Below, piece by piece: positions 1-8,876 of a DNA stretch of 64,000 bases. The DNA is taken from the sequence record OR538032.1. The stretch is one strand, 5' to 3'. The position numbers and the translations under genes were made by a program. Below the pieces are notes generated by a model, which ran no database searches, was not told the origin of the DNA, and saw only the letters and a program-made list of their open reading frames with translations. How positions within the stretch are numbered: the first letter of the stretch is position 1; the number at the start of each line of letters is the position of its first letter.

Positions 1-572
1 ACGACTGTGTTGATACGTTCAACGGCATCATTCGTGAACACGTGTACAACACGTCAGAGCCATTCATTCCCGGTGAATATCTCGTGACTCAAATGCCAGT
101 AATGGTTTCAAACGGCAAATATCCTGTTTGTGTCATTGAAAATGGTGAAGTTGTGAAAATTCTAGACGTTCGCCAGAAGACTATCGACGGGATGCTACCA
201 AAAGTAGACAATGAAGCGTTTGATGTTGCTGTGCTGACTGTTGAGAAAGAAGATGGCAACGTGTATGAGTTCACAGTACTGTGGGATGACCTACAGAAAG
301 AGCGTTTTGCTCGTTACTTGTCTGTTGCTGCTGGTACTTACAAGTCAATGCGTGGTAATACAAAGCGTTACTGGCGTGCTTTCTGGGGTTTGAAAGAGCA
401 AATGATTGAAACTAAGTCTCTTGGTGCATCAACTGTTCACAAATCGCAAGGTACAACTGTCAAAGGCGTGTGCTTGTACACTCAAGACATGGGGTACGCT
501 GAGCCAGAGATTCTACAGCAATTGGTCTACGTTGGTTTGACTCGACCTACTGATTGGGCATTGTACAATTAA
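1..572 (+). CDS. dda: Dda-like SF1B DNA helicase, C-terminal part (5' truncated by window)
   Basis: SF1 motifs STVHKSQG and LVYVGLTRP; frame open from the window edge. Confidence 0.85.
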   Translation, partial: DCVDTFNGIIREHVYNTSEPFIPGEYLVTQMPVMVSNGKYPVCVIENGEVVKILDVRQKTIDGMLPKVDNEAFDVAVLTVEKEDGNVYEFTVLWDDLQKERFARYLSVAAGTYKSMRGNTKRYWRAFWGLKEQMIETKSLGASTVHKSQGTTVKGVCLYTQDMGYAEPEILQQLVYVGLTRPTDWALYN

Positions 573-577
573 TTTCA

Positions 578-650
578 AAAAGTAGTTGACAGAGCGTGTG
601 AGTGGCTGTAATATGTCACTCAACGCCTAACAAAACAAGAGAACAAAATC
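578..650 (+). promoter_or_regulatory. Early sigma70-like promoter and leader
   Basis: TTGACA(586)-17-TAATAT(609); GAGAAC leader; 34 nt identical to 50224-50257. Confidence 0.8.
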
Positions 651-980
651 ATGAAATTTAAACTACCGACGTTTACACGACCTAACTGGCTCGACAACAC
701 AATCATTCTTGCTGAAGAAGCAAAATCACATCCGCGCATCACTGCTGCTGTTCTTGTTGCTGTATTAGCAATGGGTTATGTGGCATACACTCGTGTGCCT
801 GCAATTGCATCCTGTACGTGGACTGCTGTTGTTGATCAATCAGTGCCGTGGGACTTGTGGCGTCATAACATGTGGAACAACAACTGTCAGTACTACAATG
901 GCACACGTTGGATTGCACTAGAAAAAGTCATGGACGTTGGTGCAGGTCACACTGAAGAGCTTGAGGATCTAGCACAATGA
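651..980 (+). CDS. Membrane-anchored hypothetical protein
   Basis: TM segment ITAAVLVAVLAMGYVAY; two Cys and several Trp in C-terminal domain. Confidence 0.7.
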   Translation: MKFKLPTFTRPNWLDNTIILAEEAKSHPRITAAVLVAVLAMGYVAYTRVPAIASCTWTAVVDQSVPWDLWRHNMWNNNCQYYNGTRWIALEKVMDVGAGHTEELEDLAQ

Positions 981-1156
981 TCTTAGCAACGGCTGAAGAA
1001 GTGCAAGAATACTTAGACAAAGCGCGTGCATGGTTATGCACGCCGTCTGGTAGAATGTTCAACGATTGTAAGTCTGTTGCTCGTACTGCATACGCTGAAG
1101 CACTAGCAAATGTAGACGGTAAAACTATCTACAATCTGAGACAAACAGAAAATTAA
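977..1156 (+). CDS. Hypothetical protein, 59 aa (below ORF-track cutoff)
   Basis: ATGA overlap with upstream stop; hand-translated MILATAEEVQEYL... Confidence 0.6.
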   Translation: MILATAEEVQEYLDKARAWLCTPSGRMFNDCKSVARTAYAEALANVDGKTIYNLRQTEN

Positions 1157-1223
1157 CAACATATTCATATTATATTAATGAATATTATATAACATTTCGA
1201 TAAATACAAGTGAGTGAAATATA

Positions 1224-1985
1224 ATGAGTATTGCAACTACATCTGGTCATCGCTTTGGTATGCTTGTTGAATCAATTGCAACGGGCTTACGTGGTACTGT
1301 AATTGGTATCACACAATGTATCGCGGGCTGCGAACTGCTTGAAGTTCAGTCAAAAGACAACAAAGGCATCGCCCGAACACACGTTTTTAGCTCAAAACTG
1401 GTTGAAATTATCAATTCTGACCGTGTAGATGAGTACGAAGCTATCTTTGCCGAGACTAATACGACTATGCCGATTCGTCTTGGTGATGAAGTAGAAGACA
1501 CAGTTTCAGAAGCGAAAGGGATCGTAACTGAAATTCAATACTCAGTGAATGCAGCACCGAATGTGCTTTTGATCAAGCCATACTCAGAGCATGAAACGAA
1601 TATTTATGCATCTGCGCGGGTCATTAGCTGTAAGAAAACGGGTCACTCGATTCATGATAAGATCATCAACAATCGTTTAAAACGTGAGCGTGATGAGCTT
1701 AAAGTGGAGCTGCTGCAAAAAGCTCGATGCATGGCAACTGGCGCGACTGGCTTAGTCACTGCCATTTTCAATCAAGCTAGTGGAACAATCTCAGTTGGCA
1801 TTCAGCCCGTGAGTAAAGAGGGGCGACTACTCGATACTCATTATACTGACATTGAATTAGTCGAAATCATCACTGAAGAAGCAAAGCAAATCGTTCAACC
1901 GAAAGAGACAAAGCTGAAGAAAAGTGGCTCACTGCGCTCTCATGAACTGTCTTCGCTGAAACGCAGTGGTATGCATACAGTGTAA
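1224..1985 (+). CDS. Hypothetical protein with three tandem beta-rich repeats
   Basis: Repeats GMLVESIATGLRGTVIGI / GDEVEDTVSEAKGIVTEI / QKARCMATGATGLVTAI. Confidence 0.7.
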   Translation: MSIATTSGHRFGMLVESIATGLRGTVIGITQCIAGCELLEVQSKDNKGIARTHVFSSKLVEIINSDRVDEYEAIFAETNTTMPIRLGDEVEDTVSEAKGIVTEIQYSVNAAPNVLLIKPYSEHETNIYASARVISCKKTGHSIHDKIINNRLKRERDELKVELLQKARCMATGATGLVTAIFNQASGTISVGIQPVSKEGRLLDTHYTDIELVEIITEEAKQIVQPKETKLKKSGSLRSHELSSLKRSGMHTV

Positions 1986-2048
1986 GAAAACAAACTCGCG
2001 TTACATATGTTGCACGTGTGCAGGTAATTTAGCACAAGGAAGCACATT

Positions 2049-2516
2049 ATGAAAATCGCATTGTTATTATTGACTGTGGCTTTACTGCCACAAATAGCGA
2101 ACGCTCACGTTCATGACGATTGGATGACAGTTCACCGCGTGGATGTTCGCACTCATGAGCTAATACATACAGCAAGTACGACCTCAACCAATCATCTTGC
2201 TGTCCTCAGCATTGACTGTGATAAGTCAGTCACGTTATATGAAGCAAGAGACTATTTGATTGCCTCGAATCCGGATGACGTTTGGTATTCTATCGACGGA
2301 AATCCATATGTGCGAATCAAAAACGATCAGCTTAAACATCAAGCGTCTGTTACTACCTTTGTCGGTAGTATCAAAGCGATTGAGACACTTAAAACAGGCA
2401 ATGAACTCGAATATGTTGTTAACAACAACGTTCGAGGAGTGAAATATTCGTATCACTTCAGTCTGAAAGGAATGAATGATGCATACGAAGCATTAGGTGA
2501 ATTATGTAAGTGGTAA
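2049..2516 (+). CDS. Secreted/periplasmic hypothetical protein
   Basis: Signal peptide MKIALLLLTVALLPQIANA; two Cys; RBS AAGGA. Confidence 0.7.
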   Translation: MKIALLLLTVALLPQIANAHVHDDWMTVHRVDVRTHELIHTASTTSTNHLAVLSIDCDKSVTLYEARDYLIASNPDDVWYSIDGNPYVRIKNDQLKHQASVTTFVGSIKAIETLKTGNELEYVVNNNVRGVKYSYHFSLKGMNDAYEALGELCKW

Positions 2517-2520
2517 CACT

Positions 2521-3039
2521 ATGAAAATTATATTCTTGGATATTGACGGCGTTCTAAACAATGCTTTAGAAGCCGATGAGCACAAGGACGTGCTACTTAA
2601 TGGTGAGTATCAGGGGATTTATTCTCCTCGATGCGTAGACCGCTTAAACGATCTCGTTGAAATGACTGACGCACGCATTGTCCTTACCAGTGTGTGGCGT
2701 TGTGGTCTGTCAATTGATGAGATCAACACAGTGCTTCGAGCCATGGGAGTCAACGCTGAATGCATTGGTAAAACCGATATGCTCGATCACAAATACTCAT
2801 GGGCGTTTCGTGGCAATGAGATTCTTAAATGGATTCATGACAACGAAGAGCTTATTGGTAAACGTAGATACGAGTATCGAAGCTATGTCATCTTAGATGA
2901 TGACACTGATATGCTGTTATGGCAACGTCATAACTATGTAAACTGCGACCCTGAGATTGGCATGACTGATCGCGTGGTCGCAAAAGCTGCTGCAATACTG
3001 AATAACGCACCTTGTACCGATACTGGTCAAGAGTTTTAA
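2521..3039 (+). CDS. HAD-superfamily hydrolase (HAD_SAK_2-like)
   Basis: IFLDIDGVLN, IVLTSVWR, YVILDDD motifs; start moved to ATG 2521. Confidence 0.75.
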   Translation: MKIIFLDIDGVLNNALEADEHKDVLLNGEYQGIYSPRCVDRLNDLVEMTDARIVLTSVWRCGLSIDEINTVLRAMGVNAECIGKTDMLDHKYSWAFRGNEILKWIHDNEELIGKRRYEYRSYVILDDDTDMLLWQRHNYVNCDPEIGMTDRVVAKAAAILNNAPCTDTGQEF

Positions 3040-3113
3040 AAAGTAGTTGACACGCACAATAAAAGATGTAATAATCTAATCTCAATCAACAATGACAAAA
3101 TGGGGAGCCCAAC
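3040..3113 (+). promoter_or_regulatory. Early promoter of natV
   Basis: TTGACA(3047)...TAATAAT; leader AAAATGGGGAGCC. Confidence 0.7.
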
Positions 3114-4139
3114 ATGTCACACGCAATCTTTATCGGACGTTTTCGTCCATTCCACAACGGTCATCTATCTGCAATCACTCAAGCATTCGACGCGCTTGAC
3201 TTAGATAAGATGACTATCTTAATCGGTAGCTCTAACCGACATCGTTCAGTTAAAAACCCTTTCACGTTCGAAGAAGTACGCGATATGATGGGTGTTGCAT
3301 TGCCTGATCACATTCGAAGCAAAGTTCGCTTTGTACCGCTTGGTGATTACGCGAAAGACGACGTTTGGCAGTCAAATGTTCGTTCTCGTGCAAGAGGCGC
3401 AACTCACATCGTTGGTTACGACAAAGACGAAAGCAGCTACTACCTCAAGCTATTCCCTGAGCTAAAGCTATTTCAACCTGAACCAGTGAAGATGTATAAC
3501 AAAGTTATCTCTGCAACTGACTTCAGAGAACTGTATTTCAGCGAGATTCTACTGAATCACCCTGTAATGTCTGGTCTTATCCCTAAAGAAACGATGATGT
3601 TTCTTGATAACTGGAGCAAAACAGAGTTTTTCACTGAAATGAAAGCTGAATACGATAGCTCAGTGCGAGAAATCGAGAAGTTTAAAGACTATCCTTACCA
3701 AGGTCACTTGAATATCGCGTGTGCTGATAACGTTGTTACGTGTGCAGGTCATGTTCTTCTTGTTGAGCGTAAGTTCAACCCAGGCAAAGGCTGTTTAGCA
3801 TTACCTGGCGGTCATAAGCATGAGAAAGAAACATTCTTAGATGCTGCGATTCGTGAACTGCAAGAAGAAACTAATATCAAAGTACCTGAAAAAGTACTGC
3901 GTGGCTCGCTTGTGGGTGAAAAGATGTTCGATAATCCAAATCGCTCTTACCCTCACACTCGCATCACAATGGCATATCACTTGAAAGTGCAGCCAAACCC
4001 AGACAACACTTTCCCGAAAGTGAAACCTGCTGATGATGCTGTATCAGCGAAATGGTATCCACTGAGTGAAGTGCGCGACATGCAAGAACGTTTGTATGAC
4101 GATCACTACCAAATCATTCAGTATTTCACTGGCATCTAA
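3114..4139 (+). CDS. natV: Bifunctional NMN adenylyltransferase / ADP-ribose pyrophosphatase (NadM-Nudix)
   Basis: GRFRPFHNGH nucleotidyltransferase motif, ISAT, Nudix box GGHKHEKETFLDAAIRELQEETNI. Confidence 0.92.
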   Translation: MSHAIFIGRFRPFHNGHLSAITQAFDALDLDKMTILIGSSNRHRSVKNPFTFEEVRDMMGVALPDHIRSKVRFVPLGDYAKDDVWQSNVRSRARGATHIVGYDKDESSYYLKLFPELKLFQPEPVKMYNKVISATDFRELYFSEILLNHPVMSGLIPKETMMFLDNWSKTEFFTEMKAEYDSSVREIEKFKDYPYQGHLNIACADNVVTCAGHVLLVERKFNPGKGCLALPGGHKHEKETFLDAAIRELQEETNIKVPEKVLRGSLVGEKMFDNPNRSYPHTRITMAYHLKVQPNPDNTFPKVKPADDAVSAKWYPLSEVRDMQERLYDDHYQIIQYFTGI

Positions 4140-4147
4140 TAACTAAC

Positions 4148-4166
4148 GGGGCAGCAATGCCCCTTT
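4148..4166 (+). terminator. Intrinsic terminator
   Basis: GGGGCA-GCAA-TGCCCC-TTT. Confidence 0.65.
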
Positions 4167-4177
4167 GAGGAAATATT

Positions 4178-4453
4178 ATGAACATCAATCTGCTTATTCG
4201 CAATGAAGTGAAGAACAACACGAGTCGTTATGCTACGGCATACGACATCATGGACGATATGCTTGAGAAGTTCCCTCAAGCGCGTGCCTCTGCTGCGAAA
4301 AACGATGGAACAATGAAGAACAGCACACTGCGACGTGAAATCGCTCGTGCTCTTGATAACTCAAGCAACTGGAAAGCAATCGGCAAGACCGAGACTGGTC
4401 GTAAACTATACGAACGCTTACCTAATGGCAATTCACTAGAGAACTTTGTATGA
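4178..4453 (+). CDS. Hypothetical protein
   Basis: RBS GAGG; coupled to next ORF. Confidence 0.7.
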   Translation: MNINLLIRNEVKNNTSRYATAYDIMDDMLEKFPQARASAAKNDGTMKNSTLRREIARALDNSSNWKAIGKTETGRKLYERLPNGNSLENFV

Positions 4454-5076
4454 ACGCATATGACTTAGTAAGAAAAATGCAAAAGGTTGTTAACTCTTGC
4501 GAGACAATTGAACAACTACGTAATGCAAGAAAGTATCTCATGCGCTGTCAAGACTATGCACTAGATGGTGGCAATGACAATTACATCACTACTATCATGG
4601 TAGAAGTTGATGACTTAGATGAACGCATTACCAATAAGATCGTTGAGTTGTCTGATACTCGTGGCATGAACGCTATCGAAACTGGCATTATCAAAGTCGG
4701 CATTGATATTCATGGAGTCATTGACCAATCACCAGAGTTCTTCGCGCTGTTAAGCAAACTACCAGTTGAAGTGCATATCATCACTGGCATTAAAGAAGAA
4801 CTCGACACTGATGTACCAGATGACTTAGAGTACGATCACTGGTTCTCGATCCATCAAGAGTGTGAAGATCGCGGCGTTGAAATCAAATACGACGAGAAAG
4901 GGCGCCCATGGGTCGATGATGAAATCTGGAACAACATGAAAGCAGAATACTGCAAAGAGAACCACATCAACATCATGATCGATGACTCACCAACGTATGC
5001 TAAAACATTCGAAGGTCTTGATACATTCTACTTGCAACTAACCAATACTGTTCGTGATGAATGGAGACGCAAATGA
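4450..5076 (+). CDS. Hypothetical protein with C-terminal HAD-like domain
   Basis: GIDIHGVID (variant of DxDGV) and IMIDDSP motifs. Confidence 0.6.
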   Translation: MNAYDLVRKMQKVVNSCETIEQLRNARKYLMRCQDYALDGGNDNYITTIMVEVDDLDERITNKIVELSDTRGMNAIETGIIKVGIDIHGVIDQSPEFFALLSKLPVEVHIITGIKEELDTDVPDDLEYDHWFSIHQECEDRGVEIKYDEKGRPWVDDEIWNNMKAEYCKENHINIMIDDSPTYAKTFEGLDTFYLQLTNTVRDEWRRK

Positions 5077-5258
5077 AAAACTTCGGCATTATAGACCGTG
5101 AAGGCAAACATCTACTTGAACTCGATGTTGACAATGAACTAAAAGTCATGGCAATCTTCTCTGAAATTGAAGATGCTAACCGTGTGCTGTACAAATTTGG
5201 CTTTGATAAGCAAGGCTTTCGCGTAATCGAACTAAAACCACTTGAGAAGAAAGTATGA
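5073..5258 (+). CDS. Hypothetical protein
   Basis: ATGA coupling; start MKNFG. Confidence 0.65.
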   Translation: MKNFGIIDREGKHLLELDVDNELKVMAIFSEIEDANRVLYKFGFDKQGFRVIELKPLEKKV

Positions 5259-5464
5259 ATGTAGCAAATGTAATGTCACAACACGCATCAATCCAATATG
5301 CGTTGATTAGCTATCTTGATGCTCAATACGACGGCGAAGGTCATATCGAATATGCTGAATACTTCGAAGACATTCAAGCATGGGAAGTTCAATACTACGA
5401 TGGTGAGTTCTTACATGAGCTAACCGTTACTGCACAAGCAATTGAGCAATGGATGAACAAATGA
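5255..5464 (+). CDS. Hypothetical acidic protein
   Basis: ATGA coupling. Confidence 0.65.
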   Translation: MNVANVMSQHASIQYALISYLDAQYDGEGHIEYAEYFEDIQAWEVQYYDGEFLHELTVTAQAIEQWMNK

Positions 5465-5667
5465 TTGACCAAACAATGTCAGACTACAGTCGCATCATGA
5501 ATGCAATTGAAGAATATTTGGACTTGCGACATTATCAATACACTGATGTCATTCAATATGATAAAGAACGTAAGGGCTTTGATGTCGCGATTGTAGAAGA
5601 AACTGAAAACGGATCCGAATACCTAGATGTATTCGTGCCAAACGAAAGGCTAGAAACATTCCTATGA
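5461..5667 (+). CDS. Hypothetical acidic protein
   Basis: ATGA coupling; start MIDQT. Confidence 0.65.
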   Translation: MIDQTMSDYSRIMNAIEEYLDLRHYQYTDVIQYDKERKGFDVAIVEETENGSEYLDVFVPNERLETFL

Positions 5668-5897
5668 ATATAAACGATGTAATGATCTCACACGAGCAAA
5701 TCATGAAGTCATTGCATCGTGTCATAGAAAGTCGCACTGATAATCGCGTTGTCGAAATCACTTACGATAAAGACAAAATGTATTTCATTGTGACTCTAAG
5801 CTCATCCGATGCCGTCGCCGATGACGTTTATCAATGGACGATGAAAGTCACCAACGAAACAATAGACAATCAAATGCACATGGAGAAGTTCAGATGA
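5664..5897 (+). CDS. Hypothetical protein
   Basis: ATGA coupling. Confidence 0.65.
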   Translation: MNINDVMISHEQIMKSLHRVIESRTDNRVVEITYDKDKMYFIVTLSSSDAVADDVYQWTMKVTNETIDNQMHMEKFR

Positions 5898-6067
5898 AAC
5901 TACCAGAATACTTGAGCCACGTTACTGTAAAAGAAAACGTAATCATAATCGACTCAGCGCGAGATAAAGCGTTGGTCGTCGATTATCTAACCAATATCAA
6001 AGCACGATTCCATATCGTCCAAAAGACGATTAGCCGCTGCGAAATCCACGTGAAGAGAACATCATGA
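5894..6067 (+). CDS. Hypothetical protein
   Basis: ATGA coupling; start MKLPEY; RBS GGAG. Confidence 0.6.
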   Translation: MKLPEYLSHVTVKENVIIIDSARDKALVVDYLTNIKARFHIVQKTISRCEIHVKRTS

Positions 6068-6393
6068 AAGAACTACTGAACACACTGAATCAAGTTGAAA
6101 CTCAAATCGCTAAACAGTTCGGTCTCGACCATCTATGGCACGGACTAGTAGACTGCACTAATAGCGTATTCGCTGCCGATAACGATGATCTACTAAAAGC
6201 ACGTGAATTCCAATACGCTGATACAGAGAAAGCAATCACAGAAGGCGACTGCTATGGCATTGAAGTATACGGCACAAGCGTATGGCTATCAACTGATGGC
6301 AAATACGTATTGACTGTAGCTGATGACGGCTGTGGCAATCGAGACTTCTATATCTTCGATGCGTCTAAGCACTCAGATTGCGAAATGTACTAA
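6064..6393 (+). CDS. Hypothetical protein
   Basis: ATGA coupling; last gene before terminator. Confidence 0.7.
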   Translation: MKELLNTLNQVETQIAKQFGLDHLWHGLVDCTNSVFAADNDDLLKAREFQYADTEKAITEGDCYGIEVYGTSVWLSTDGKYVLTVADDGCGNRDFYIFDASKHSDCEMY

Positions 6394-6401
6394 AAACAAA
6401 T

Positions 6402-6471
6402 AAAAAGGGTTGACAGATGTCAGCCCTTTTCTGTATTATACAACTACTGAAACGAAACAAGGAAAATCATT
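6402..6471 (+). promoter_or_regulatory. Fused terminator / early promoter
   Basis: AAAAGGGTTGAC-AGAT-GTCAGCCCTTTT hairpin containing TTGACA; TATTAT at 6434. Confidence 0.75.
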
Positions 6472-6663
6472 ATGACTACAGTAATTCTATTAGGCGCAGT
6501 AATGTTCATCATTCTATTACTCGTGCTAGTAAACGAAATGCGCCCGTTCATGTCAGAAGAAAACAAAACTATGATGCTGACGTTCGCCGTAGCTATCAGC
6601 TTAATCAATCTGTCCTTTATCGTGAAGTACGCAAGCTTCTTCCAATTACTACTGGAGAAATAA
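6472..6663 (+). CDS. Small two-TM membrane protein
   Basis: Two hydrophobic segments; RBS AAGGA. Confidence 0.65.
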   Translation: MTTVILLGAVMFIILLLVLVNEMRPFMSEENKTMMLTFAVAISLINLSFIVKYASFFQLLLEK

Positions 6664-6666
6664 ATC

Positions 6667-6822
6667 ATGTCACTAACCGCTATGCTATTGACATTACTAT
6701 GCTGTGCAATACTCACTGGCATTAGTGTCTTCAGCTTCATCAACAAACCCGGATTCTTTAGCTTACTATTCGCATTAGTATTCGGCACTGTCTCTTATGT
6801 TATGCTAATGGCTATCGTATGA
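6667..6822 (+). CDS. Small membrane protein, 51 aa
   Basis: Hand-translated MSLTAMLLTLLCC...; coupled to next ORF by ATGA. Confidence 0.55.
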   Translation: MSLTAMLLTLLCCAILTGISVFSFINKPGFFSLLFALVFGTVSYVMLMAIV

Positions 6823-7154
6823 GCGCAATACTATTAATGAAAATCGGTATATCTCTAATGATATTCGGCATCGCGCTACTCGTGCTCGGCAATATCACTA
6901 TATGGTATCTTAAACGTAGAGAGAAAACTATGAACCAAACAACTCAATCAATCCGCGCTATCTGTGTTGACAATCAATCAACTCGTATAGACAAGCCAGA
7001 ACCACCTACTGGCTTAACAGAAGGCAAAGAGTATGTCGTTCACATGTATAACGTAAACGAACATATCAATAAACCACCTATGATTCGTATCACTAACGAT
7101 CTAGGTCAACGCGCAAGCTATGTCGCTTCTCGATTCAATCTAATAGTAGGATAA
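6819..7154 (+). CDS. Membrane-anchored hypothetical protein
   Basis: N-terminal TM segment; small beta-rich C-terminal domain. Confidence 0.65.
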   Translation: MSAILLMKIGISLMIFGIALLVLGNITIWYLKRREKTMNQTTQSIRAICVDNQSTRIDKPEPPTGLTEGKEYVVHMYNVNEHINKPPMIRITNDLGQRASYVASRFNLIVG

Positions 7155-7157
7155 CTC

Positions 7158-7325
7158 ATGTTTGTACTATCACTCTTAATGCTTATTCTCGTTGTATATC
7201 TGTTTGTAACCGATAAAACAAACCGCACAATTCCTTTCATGATACTGCTAATAGCAACTGCGTTTAACTCTATCATACACTATTACCTCATGGATATTCT
7301 CTCATTGAGCGTTAGTCTATCGTAA
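7158..7325 (+). CDS. Small membrane protein, 55 aa
   Basis: Hand-translated MFVLSLLMLILVV...; RBS AGGA. Confidence 0.5.
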   Translation: MFVLSLLMLILVVYLFVTDKTNRTIPFMILLIATAFNSIIHYYLMDILSLSVSLS

Positions 7326-7868
7326 TAGCTTCTATCAGATAGTAGCTCAAAACCGCTTAGAATGCGATTCAGAACGTCTCAGAGCATGGTACAGATACAA
7401 TGCTTTTTAATATATCGCACCATGCCTCGTTAAAATCATCTTGGTAAGGAAAACCGTGTAAAAAGCCAGTTGGTCAGATACGGTAAGTTACTGAAAAAAC
7501 TTCGGAAATACACGATTTTAATCAGTTGAAAGACTATGCTGCAACACGTGTGTAATATAGTGAAAAAATCGGTGAACCCTCATCGGCTCCTGTGTAGAAA
7601 AATGCAGTTGCTGATGGTACTCGCCTTATGAAAATCTAAATCGCTTCGCATCTTTCCGCTTGACAGCCAATGCCATTCTGTGAGAGAATGAGAAGAGATT
7701 TGAACCGCCGACGGAGGTAATTGTGATTACATTGGCGTTATTTTATATGAGTCGCGACATGCAATACAGTGAGCGACCAAGTGACTTGTATCTCGGTACA
7801 TGTATTTTAGACTTTGCATTAATCATTACGTTGTTCTGTGGTGTAATGATGTTCACGGGGAATTGGTA
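7326..7868. other. Long non-coding tract, candidate replication origin or packaging site
   Basis: Longest gene-free gap in window; 21-bp near-palindrome at 7327-7347; A-tracts; C/G skew flips across it; possible promoter TTGACA(7660)-18-GAGAAT. Confidence 0.4.
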
Positions 7869-8177
7869 ATGAGACGATTTAAACTTGGTAATCTCTTACG
7901 CGGTGGTTTTGCTGGTGATTTTGAGACGATAGAAGAAGCATGGGAGAAGCTTGGTTCACGCTTTCTACTGTCATTTCCGTGTGATGCATGGTCAAAAGAG
8001 CGTGGTGTTTACATCAATGAAGACGGCGGTCGGCATGTTTACATGTATGTAAAAGAAGAGAACAAGTATGGTCATCTTGATTGGGCTATGTGTAAAGGTG
8101 ATGTGTTTTACATGAAAGACCGCGTGCCGGTTACTGCTGACGATTATGAATACTGTCGTGATGCTGAATTTTTCTAA
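7869..8177 (+). CDS. Hypothetical protein
   Basis: Start MRRFKL at 7869; RBS GGGG. Confidence 0.65.
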   Translation: MRRFKLGNLLRGGFAGDFETIEEAWEKLGSRFLLSFPCDAWSKERGVYINEDGGRHVYMYVKEENKYGHLDWAMCKGDVFYMKDRVPVTADDYEYCRDAEFF

Positions 8178-8186
8178 GGGTTAAAG

Positions 8187-8792
8187 ATGAAAAGAGTTGA
8201 GTTACACAAGAAAGTGGTAGACAAGCAAGCTGTTCTTCCAGATCATTCTCATGTGCAAGTTGAGACGTATTACCACACGTACAAGGGTTACATGAATTAT
8301 CTAACTGGTTTGCGTGGTGTAGAAGGTGATCAGTATCTACTTGTTACAGATGATGGTCGTTTTGTTCGAGTAGAAGAGAAGCATCTAAACGGTCAAGAGC
8401 AGAAACAGCGCAAGATCAGTGGTGGTTTAATTGATGTACGAGCGCGTTTGCAACTGCCAGCGAAAGATTGGGATTGGTATGACTGTATCTGGCGTAATGG
8501 TAAGATTGTTTACAAGTACCGCGAGACAGATTTCGTTACTGAAGAACACGAGTTAGTGGTTGGTGAGATAGTAGACATTTACGAGTCTAACGACTTTAAT
8601 GGTGATTATCCGCATGATGCTACAGTGGTGTTATCTAGACCGAAGCAAATGGTACTTGAAGCATATGGTAAACTAGTAGTGTTTACAGTGCCGAAAGAGC
8701 CATGTGGTGATAGTTTAGTCTCTGACTGTGGTGATTATCGTATTGCTGGTAATTACGCCGCGAGTGAATACGACGAAGAACTGCATTCGTAA
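8187..8792 (+). CDS. Hypothetical protein
   Basis: 201-aa ORF; RBS AAGG. Confidence 0.7.
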   Translation: MKRVELHKKVVDKQAVLPDHSHVQVETYYHTYKGYMNYLTGLRGVEGDQYLLVTDDGRFVRVEEKHLNGQEQKQRKISGGLIDVRARLQLPAKDWDWYDCIWRNGKIVYKYRETDFVTEEHELVVGEIVDIYESNDFNGDYPHDATVVLSRPKQMVLEAYGKLVVFTVPKEPCGDSLVSDCGDYRIAGNYAASEYDEELHS

Positions 8793-8797
8793 TTGAA

Positions 8798-8876
8798 GAA
8801 AAGGGTTGACGCTTGTCAGCCCTTTCTTGTATTATCTCTATATCGAAACGACATCGACTAACAGAGAGAGAAAATT
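8798..8876 (+). promoter_or_regulatory. Fused terminator / early promoter
   Basis: AAAGGGTTGAC-GCTT-GTCAGCCCTTT; TATTAT at 8830; ATCGAAACGA leader. Confidence 0.8.

Noticed and set aside
6417-6725. 102-aa + strand ORF in the track
   Set aside because: It starts inside the terminator/promoter hairpin and overlaps two better-supported membrane ORFs in other frames.
7326-7868. tRNA or other known structured RNA
   Set aside because: I could not find a cloverleaf, T-loop GTTCRA or CCA end. An unknown ncRNA cannot be excluded by eye.
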